From the human T2T-CHM13v2.0 reference genome, Homo sapiens, in NCBI RefSeq assembly GCF_009914755.1, contig NC_060933.1: a DNA stretch of 64,000 bases; one strand, written 5' to 3'. Both the position numbers and the translations under genes were made by a program. Each line of letters starts with the position of its first letter. Position 1 is the stretch's first letter. Positions 55,301 to 64,000 of the stretch are shown here, in pieces. Below the pieces are notes generated by a model. The model was not told where the DNA came from. It did no database searches and saw only the letters and a list, made by a program, of their open reading frames with translations.

Positions 55301-58300
55301 CGTACCATTCCATTCCATTCCATACCATTCCATTCCATTCCATTCCATTCCATTCCATTCCGTTCCATTACATTCCATTCCTTTCCATTCCATTCTATTC
55401 GAATTAATTCCATTCCATTCCATTCCATTCCATTCTATTCCATTCCAGTGCAATCGACTTGAATCCATTGCATTTCATTCCATTCCATACCATTCCATTC
55501 CATTCCATTCCGGAAGATTCCATTCCATTTCATTCCATTCCATTCCATTCCCCTGCACTCGCGTTGATTCCATTCCATTCCATTCCATTCCAATCCATTC
55601 CATTCCGTTCCGTTCCATTCCATTCCGTTCCATTCCATTCCATTCCATTCCGTTCCGTTCCATTCCATTCCATTCCATTCTATTCGGGTTAATTCCATTC
55701 CATTCCATTCGATTGCAATCGAGTTGATTCCATTCCATTCCATTCCATTCCATTCCATTCCATTCCATTCCATTCCTTTCCATTCCATTACGGATGATTC
55801 CATTCCATTGCATTCCATTCCATTCCATTCCCCTGTACTCGGGTTGATTCCATTCCATTCCATTCCAATCCATGCCATTCCGCTCGTGTTGATTCCATTC
55901 TTTCCATTCCATTCAAGTTGAATCCATTCCATTGCATTCCATTCCATTCGATTCCATTCGATTGCACTCGGTTTGATTCCATTCCATTGCATTCCATTCC
56001 ATTCCATTTCATTCCATTCCATTCCTTTCCATTCCATTCCATTCCATTCCATTCCATTCCATTGCAATCGAGTTGATTCCATTCCATTCCTTTCCATTCC
56101 ATTCCATTGCCTTGCATTCCAGTCGGGTTGATTCCGTTCCCTTCTTTCCACTCCATTACATTCCCTTCCATTCCACTCGGAATGATTGATTCCATTCCAT
56201 TCCATTCCATTTCATTCCATTGCAATCCATTCCAATCCATTCCATTCCATTCCATTCCACTCGAGTTGATTTCATTCCATTCCTTTCCATTCCATTCCAT
56301 TCCTTTCCACTCGAGTTGATTCCATTACATTACATTCCATTGCATTCCGTTCCATGCCATTCCACTCGGGTTGATTCCATTCCATTCCATTCCATTCCAT
56401 TCCATTGCATTCCATTCCATTCCTTTCCCCTGCACTCGTGTTGATTCCATTCCATTCCATTCCATTTAATTCTATTCCATTCCATTCCATTCCATTCCAA
56501 TCCGTTCCATTCCATTCCATTCTATTCCATTGCAATCGACTTGATTCCATTCCATTCCATTCCATTCCATTCCATTCTATTCCATTCCATTCCATTCCAT
56601 TCCATTTTTTTCCAATCCATTCTATTCCGAACCATTCCATTCCATTCCATTCCATTCCATTCCAGCCATTCCACTCGGGTTGATTCCATTCCTTTCCATT
56701 CCATTCGGGTTGAATCCATTCCACTCCATTCCATTCCATTCGAATCCATTCCATTGCACTCGGGTTGATTCCATTCCATTCCATTCCATTCGATTCCATT
56801 CCATTCCATTCCATTCCGTTCCATTCCATTGCATTACATTCACATTGATTCTATTCAATTCCCTTACACTCCATTATATTCCAATCCATTCTGGTTGTTT
56901 CCATTCCATTCCATTCCATTTCACTCCATTCCATTGCACTCGGTTTGATTCCATTCCATTCCATTCCATTCCATTCCGGATGATTCCATTCCATTGCATT
57001 CCATTCCATTCCATTCCCCTGCACTCAGGTTGATTCCATTCCATTCCATTCCACTCCATTCGGTTCCGTTCCATTCCATTCTATTGCATTCCATTCTATT
57101 CGGGTTAATTCCATTCCATTCTATTCCATTCCATTCCATTCCATTCCATTGCAATGGAGTTGATTCCATTCCATTCCATTCCATTCCGGATGATTCCATT
57201 CCATTGCATTCCATTCCATTCCATTCCCCTGCACTCGTGTTGATTCCATTACCTTCCATTCCATTCCATTCCGTTCCATTCCATTGCATTCCATTCTATT
57301 CCGGTTAATTCCATTCCATTCCATTCCATTCCATTCCATTGCAATCGAGTTGATTGCATTCCATTCCTTTCCATTCCATTCCATTGCCTTGCATTCCAAT
57401 CGGATTGATTCCATTCCCTTCTTTCCACTCCATTACATTCCCTTCCATTCCACTCGGAATGATTGATTCCATTCCATTCCATTCCATTTCATTCCGTTGC
57501 AATCCATTCCAATCTATTCCATTCCATTCCATTCCAGTCGAGTTGATTTCATTCCATTCCTTTCCATTCCATTCCATTCCTTTCCACTCGAGTTGATTCC
57601 ATTCCATTCCATTCCATTGCATTCCATTCCATGCCATTCCACTCGGGTTGATTCCATTCCTTTGCATTCCATTCCATTCCATTCCATTCCATTCCATTCC
57701 ATTCCGTTGCATTCCATTCCATTACATTCGGATTGATTCTATTCAACTCCCTTACTCTCCATTACATTCCATTCCATTCGGGTTGTTCCATTCCATTCCA
57801 TTCCATTCCACTCCATTCCATTGCACTCGGGTTGATTCCATTCCATTCCATTCCATTCCATTCCATTCCATCCCGGATGATTCCATTCCATTGCATTCCG
57901 TTCCATTACATTCTCCTGCACTCGCGTTGATTCCATTCCATTCCATTCCATTCCATTCAATTCCATTCCATTACAATTCGTTCCGTTCCATTCTATTCCG
58001 TACCATTCCATTCCATTCCATACCATTCCATTCCATTCCATTCCATTCCATTCCATTCCATTCCGTTCCATTCCGTTCCATTCCATTCCATTCGATTCTA
58101 TTCGGGTTAATTCCATTCCATTCCATTCCATTCCATTCCATTCCATTCCGTTCCGTTCCGTTCCGTTCCTTTCCATTCCATTCCATTCCATTCCGTTCCG
58201 TTCCGTTCCATTCCATTCCATTCCATTCTATTCGGGTTAATTCCATTCCATTCCATTCGATTGCAATCGTGTTGATTCCATTCCATTCCATTCCATTCCA

Positions 58301-60490
58301 TTCCATTCCATTCCATTCCTTTCCATTCCATTACGGATGATTCCATTCCATTGCATTCCATTCCATTCCATTACCCTGTACTCGGGTTGATTCCATTCCA
58401 TTCCATTCCAATCCATGCCATTCCACTCGTGTTGATTCCATTCTTTCCATTCCATTCAAGTTGAATCCATTCCATTGCATTCCATTCCATTCGATTCCAT
58501 TCGATTTCACTCGGGTTGATTCCATTCCGTTGCATTCCATTCCATTCCATTCCATTCCATTCCATTCCATTCCTTTCCATTCCATTCCATTACATTCGGA
58601 TTTATTCTATTCAATTCCCTTACACTCCATTACATTCCATTCCATTCGGGTAGTTTCCATTCCATTCCATTCCATTCCTCTCCATTCCATTGCACTCAGG
58701 TTGATTCCATTCCATTGCATCCCATTCCATTCCATTCAATTCCATTCCGTTCCATTCCATTCCATTACTTTCGGATTGATTTTATTCAACTCCCTTAGTC
58801 TCCATTACATTCCATTCCATTCGGGTTGTTCCATTCCATTCCATTCCATTCCATTCCACTCCATTCCATTGCACTCGGGTTTATTCCATTCCATTCCAAT
58901 CCATTCCATTCAATTCCATTCCATTCCGGAAGACTCCATTCCATTGCATTCCATTCCATTCCATTCCCCTGCACTCGCGTTGATTCCATTCCATTCCATT
59001 CCATTCCATTCCATTCCATTCCATTCCATTCCCTTCCTTTGCGTTCCATTCCATTCCATTGCATTCCATTCCATTCCATTCCATTCCGTTCCGTTCCATT
59101 CCATTCCATTCCATTCTATTCGGGTTAATTCCATTCCATTCCATTCGATTGCAATCGAGTTGATTCCATTCCATTCCATTCCATTCCATTCCATTCCATT
59201 CCATTCCTTTCCATTCCATTACGGATGATTCCATTCCATTGCATTCCATTCCATTCCATTCCCCTGTACTCAGGTTGATTCCATTCCATTCCATTCCAAT
59301 CCATGCCATTCCACTCGTGTTGATTCCATTCTTTCCATTCCATTCAAGTTGAATCCATTCCATTGCATTCCATTCTATTCCATTCCATTCCATTCCATTC
59401 CATTCCGTTCCATTCCATTCCATTACATTCGGATTGATTCTATTCAATTCCTTTACACTCCATTACATTCCATTCCATTCGGGTAGTTTCCATTCCATTC
59501 CATTCCATTCCTCTCCATTCCATTGAACTCGGGTTGATTCCATTCCACTGCATTCCATTCCATTCCATTCAATTCCATTCCGTTCCATTCCATTCCATTA
59601 CATTCGGATTGATTCTATTCAACTCCCTTACTCTCCATTACATTCCATTCCATTCGGGTTGTTCTATTCCATTCCATTCCATTCCATTCCACTCCATTCC
59701 TTTGCACTCGGGTTTATTCCATTCCATTCCATTCCATTCCATTCCATTCCATTCCATTCCGGAAGATTCCATTCCATTGCATTCCATTCGATTCCATTCC
59801 CCTGCACTCGCGTTGATTCCATTCCATTCCATTCCATTCCATTCCATTCCATTCCATTCCATTCCTTTCCGTTCCATTCCATTCCATTCCATTCCAATCC
59901 ATTCCATTCCGTTCCGTTCCGTTCCATTCCATTCCATTCCATTCTATTCGGGTTAATTCCATTCCATTCCATTCGATTGCAATCGAGTTGATTCCATTCC
60001 ATTCCATTCCATTCCATTCCATTCCATTCCTTTCCATTCCATTACGGATGATTCCATTCCATTGCATTCCATTCCATTCCATTCCCCTGTACTCGGGTTG
60101 ATTCCATTCCATTCCATTCCAATCCATGCCATTCCACTCCTGTTGATTCTATTCTTTCCATTCCATTCAAGTTGAATCCATTCCATTGCATTCCATTCCA
60201 TTCCATTCCCCGGCAGTCGGGTTGTTTCCATTCCATTCCATTCCATTCCATTCCATTCCATTCCATTCCGTTCCGTTCCATTCCATTCCATTCCATTCTA
60301 TTCGGGTTAATTCCATTCCATTCCATTCCATTCCAATCGAGTTGATTCCATTCCATTCCATTCCATTCTATTCTGGATGATTCCATTCCATTGCATTCCA
60401 TTCCATTCCATTCCATTTTATTCGGGTTAATTCCATTCCATTCCATTCCGTTCCATTCCATTCCATTCCATTCCATTACAATCGAGTTGA
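49195..60490 (+). repeat. Shorter ~11.3 kb derivative higher-order unit (unit segments ~1.44-4.6 kb + ~7.3-15.9 kb with a local replacement)
   Basis: Sequence from 60491 matches sequence from 49195 (offset 11296; ORF 49310 vs 60606). The same deletion junction is seen at ~52.4 kb and ~63.7 kb (ORF MHSNPCPSTRV at 52415 and 63696). Only ~3.5 kb of the second copy is visible. Confidence 0.75.
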
Positions 60491-63400
60491 TTCCATTCCA
60501 TTCCGTTCCATTCCATTCCATTCCATTACAATCGAGTTGATTCCATTCCATTCCATTCCATTCCAGTCCTTTCCATTCCAATCCACTCGGGTTGATTCCA
60601 TTCTATTAGTTTCCATTCCATTCCATTCCCTTCCATTCCACTCTGGTTGATTCCATTCCTTTCCATTCCACTCGAATACATTCCCTCCTATTCCACTCGG
60701 AACGATTCCATTCCATTCCATTCCATTCCATTCCATTCCATTCCATTCCATTCCATTCCATTTCGTTCCATTCCATTCTATTCCGTATCATTCCATTCCA
60801 TTCCATTCCATTCCATTCCATTCCATTCCATTCCATTGTACTCCGGTTGATTCCATTCCATTGCATTCCATTCCATTCCATTCCATTCCATTCCGTTGCA
60901 TTCCATTCCATTATATTCGGATTGATTCTATTCAACTCCCTTACTCTCCATTACATTCCATTCCATTCGGGTTGTTCCATTCCTTTCCATTCCATTCCAC
61001 TCCATTCCATTGCACTCGGGTTGATTCCATTCCATTCCATTCCATTCCATTCCATTCCATTCCGGAAGATTCCATTCCATAGAATTCCATTCCATTCCAT
61101 TCCCCTGCACTCGCGTTGATTCCATTCCATTCCATTCCATTCCATTCCATTCCATTCCTTTCCGTTCCATTCCATTCCATTCCATTCCATTCCATTCCAT
61201 TCCGTTGTGTTCCATTCCATTCCATTCCATTCCATTCCATTGCATTCCATTCGGGTTAATTCCATTCCAATCCATTCGATTGCAATCGAGTTGATTCCAT
61301 TCCATTCCATTCCATTCCATTCCATTCCATTCCTTTCCATTCCATTACGGATGATTCCATTCCATTGCATTCCATTCCATTCCATTCCCCTGTACTCGGG
61401 TTCATTCCATTCCATTCCATTCCAATCCATGCCATTCCACTCGTGTTGATTCCATTCTTTCCATTCCATTCAAGTTGAATCCATTCCATTGCATTCCATT
61501 CCATTCCATTCCCCTGCAGTCGCGTTGATTCCATTCCATTCCATTCCATTCCATTCCATTCCATTCCATTCCGTTCCGTTCCATTCCGTTCCATTCCATT
61601 CCTTTCCATTCTATTCGGGTTAATTCCGTTCCATTCCATTCCATTCCATTCCATTCCATTCCAATCGAGTTGATTCCATTCCATTCCATTCCATTCCATT
61701 CCACTCCATTCCAGTCCTTTCCATTCCATTGCACTCGGGTGGATTCCAATGTATTCCTTTCCATTCCATTCCATTCCATTGCAATCGAGTTGATTCCATT
61801 GCTTTGCATTCCATTCCATTCCATTCCATTCCGGATGATTCCATTCCATTGCATTCCATTCCATTCCATTCCGCTGCACTCGGGTTGATTCCATTCCATT
61901 CCACTCCTTTCCGTTCCATTCCATTCCATTCCATTTTATTCGGGTTAATTCCATTCCATTCCATTCCATTCCATTCCATTCTATTCCATTCCATTCCATT
62001 ACAATCGAGTTGATTCCATTCCATTCCATTCCATTCCATTCCAGTCCTTTCCATTCCATTCCACTCGAGTTGATTCCATTCTATTAGTTACCATTCCATT
62101 CCATTCCCTTCCATTCCAATCTGGTTGATTCCATTCCTTTCCATTCCACTCGAATACATTCCCTCCTATTCCACTCGGAACGATTCCATTCCATTCCATT
62201 CCATTCCATTCCATTCCATTCCAGTTCGTTCCATTCCGTTCTATTCCGTACCATTCCATTGCATTCCATTCCTTTCCATTCCATTCCTTTCCACTCGTGT
62301 TGATTCCATTCCTTTCCATTCCATTCGGTTTGAAGGCCTTCCATTCCATTCAATTCCATTCCATTCCATTCCTTTCCATCCCATTCTATTCCATTCCATT
62401 GCAATCGAGTTGAATCCATTGCCTTTCATTCCATTCCATTCCATTCCATTCCATTCCGGAAGATTCCATTCCATTGCATTCCATTCCATTCCGTTCCGCT
62501 GCACTCGCGTTGATTCCATTCCATTCCATTCCATTCCATTCCTTTCCGTTCCATTCCATTCCATTCCATTCCATTCCATTCCGTTCCGTTCCATTCCATT
62601 CCATTCCATTCTATTCGAGTTAATTCCATTCCATTCCATTCGATTGCCATCGAGTTGATTCCATTCCATTCCATTCCATTCCATTCCATTCCATTCCTTT
62701 CCATTCCATTACGGATGACTCTATTCCATTGCATTCCATTCCATTCCATTCCCCTGTATTCGGGTTGATTCCATTCCATTCCATTCCACTCCATTCGGTT
62801 CCGTTGCATTCCATTCTATTGCATTCCATTCTATTCGGGTTAATTCCATTCCATTCTATTCCATTCCATTCCATTCCATTGCAATCGAGTTGATTCCATT
62901 GCTTTGCATTCCATTCCATTCCATTCCATTCCATTCCGGATGATTCCATTCCATTGCATTCCATTCAATTCCATTCCCCTGCACTCGTGTTGATTCCATT
63001 CCCTTCCATTCCATTCCATTCCGTTCCATTCCATTCCATTGCATTCTATTCCGGTTAATTCCATTCCATTCCATTCCATTCCATTCCATTCCATTGCAAT
63101 CGAGTTGATTCCATTCCATTCCTTTCCATTCCATTCCATTGCCTTGCATTCCACTCGGGTTGATTCCATTCCCTTCTTTCCACTCCATTACATTCCCTTC
63201 CATTCCACTCGGAATGATTGATTCCATTCCATTCCATTCCATTTCATTCCATTGCAATCCATTCCAATCCATTCCATTCCATTCCATTCCACTCGAGTTG
63301 ACTTCATTCCATTCCTTTCCATTCCATTCCATTCCTTTCCGCTCGAGTTGATTCCATTCCATTCCATTCCATTGCATTCCATTCCATGCCATTCCACTCG

Positions 63401-64000
63401 GGTTGATTTCATTCCTTTGCATTCCATTCCATTCCATTCTATTCCATTCCATTCCGTTGCATTCCATTCCATTACATTCGGATTGATTCTATTCAACTCC
63501 CTTACTGTCCATTACATTCCATTCCATTCGGGTTGTTCCATTCCATTCCATTCCATTCCATTCCATTCCGTTCCGTTCCATTCCATTCCATTCCATTCCA
63601 TTCCATTCCATTCCTTTCCATTCCGTTACGGATGATTCCATTCCATTGCATTCCATTCCATTCCATTCCCCTGTACTCGGGTTGATTCCATTCCATTGCA
63701 TTCCAATCCATGCCCTTCCACTCGTGTTCATTCCATTCTTTCCATTCCATTCAAGTTGAATCCATTCCATTGTATTCCATTCCATTCGATTCCATTCGAT
63801 TGCACTCGGGTTGATTCCATTCCATTGCATTCCATTCCATTCCATTCCATTCCATTCCATTCCATTCCATTCCGTTCCATTCCATTCCATTACATTCGGA
63901 TTGATTCTATTCAATTCCCTTACATTCCATTACATTCCATTCCATTCGGGTAGTTTCCATTCCATTCCATTCCATTCCTCTCCATTCCATTTCACTCGGG
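60491..64000 (+). repeat. Partial next copy of the ~11.3 kb unit (truncated by window end)
   Basis: Offsets 11281-11296 to 49195-52715. It shares the junction and the variants CCCTTACATTCC and CCTCTCCATTCCATTTCAC with ~52630-52710 rather than with copy 1 (CCCTTACATTTC, CATCTCC). Confidence 0.82.

Larger units (their letters stand above)
1..64000 (+). repeat. Satellite III (HSat3) array, (CATTC)n on + strand / (GGAAT)n on - strand, single orientation throughout
   Basis: Seen: CATTC pentamer dominates every line, with no unique sequence and no switch to GGAAT on +. Established: CATTC arrays interrupted by CAAC(C/A)CGAGT (here ACTCGGGTTG / ACTCGTGTTG on +) are typical of human Sat III, including the 9q12 block. 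The (CATTCGATTC)-dominated pattern of HSat2 is only sporadic here. Confidence 0.97.

Noticed and set aside
101-63953. Hundreds of ORFs on both strands (MEWNG and IPFHS repeats)
   Set aside because: They are a direct consequence of a stop-free pentamer. They overlap in all frames, their boundaries shift with 5-bp indels between otherwise identical copies, and they have no domain-like content. Not annotated as CDS.
1-64000. Repeat/spacer-like alternation suggestive of a CRISPR array
   Set aside because: The apparent spacers are short degenerate pentamers that recur many times, the tract lengths are irregular, and there are no cas genes or leader.
1-64000. Transposon insertion, unique-sequence island or strand inversion
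   Set aside because: I looked for Alu/L1-like sequence, poly-A tails and GGAAT tracts on the + strand and saw none. Every segment parses in CATTC register.
1-64000. Assignment to a specific chromosome, HSat3 subfamily or species
   Set aside because: The decamer suggests a 9q12-like HSat3B array, but related words occur in other arrays and in apes. A k-mer comparison to T2T assemblies is needed and I cannot run it.

Overview
The whole 64 kb window is one uninterrupted classical satellite array. It consists of (CATTC)n on the + strand ((GGAAT)n on the - strand), punctuated by a small vocabulary of CpG-containing variant words such as ACTCGGGTTG (reverse complement CAACCCGAGT). This is the signature of human/great-ape Satellite III (HSat3), resembling the 9q12 type, but the chromosome and species cannot be fixed from the sequence alone. 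I see no genes, RNA genes, transposon insertions or strand inversions, and all listed ORFs (MEWNG / IPFHS repeats) are by-products of the pentamer. The real content is hierarchical structure. A ~20.6 kb higher-order unit (1-20618) is followed by a near-identical copy carrying a ~6.57 kb internal tandem duplication (20619-47764). A third copy starts at 47765 and switches at ~52.3 kb into a more diverged variant lineage with a ~11.3 kb period (49195-60490, repeated from 60491). Two points deserve follow-up. One variant word (aTTCcgGAAgaTTCc) forms a perfect three-unit heat-shock element about every 2 kb. The large rearrangement breakpoints fall in or next to recurring variant-word modules. I found no evidence of a new protein-coding system. 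All alignments were done by eye and from ORF-track offsets, so breakpoints are approximate.
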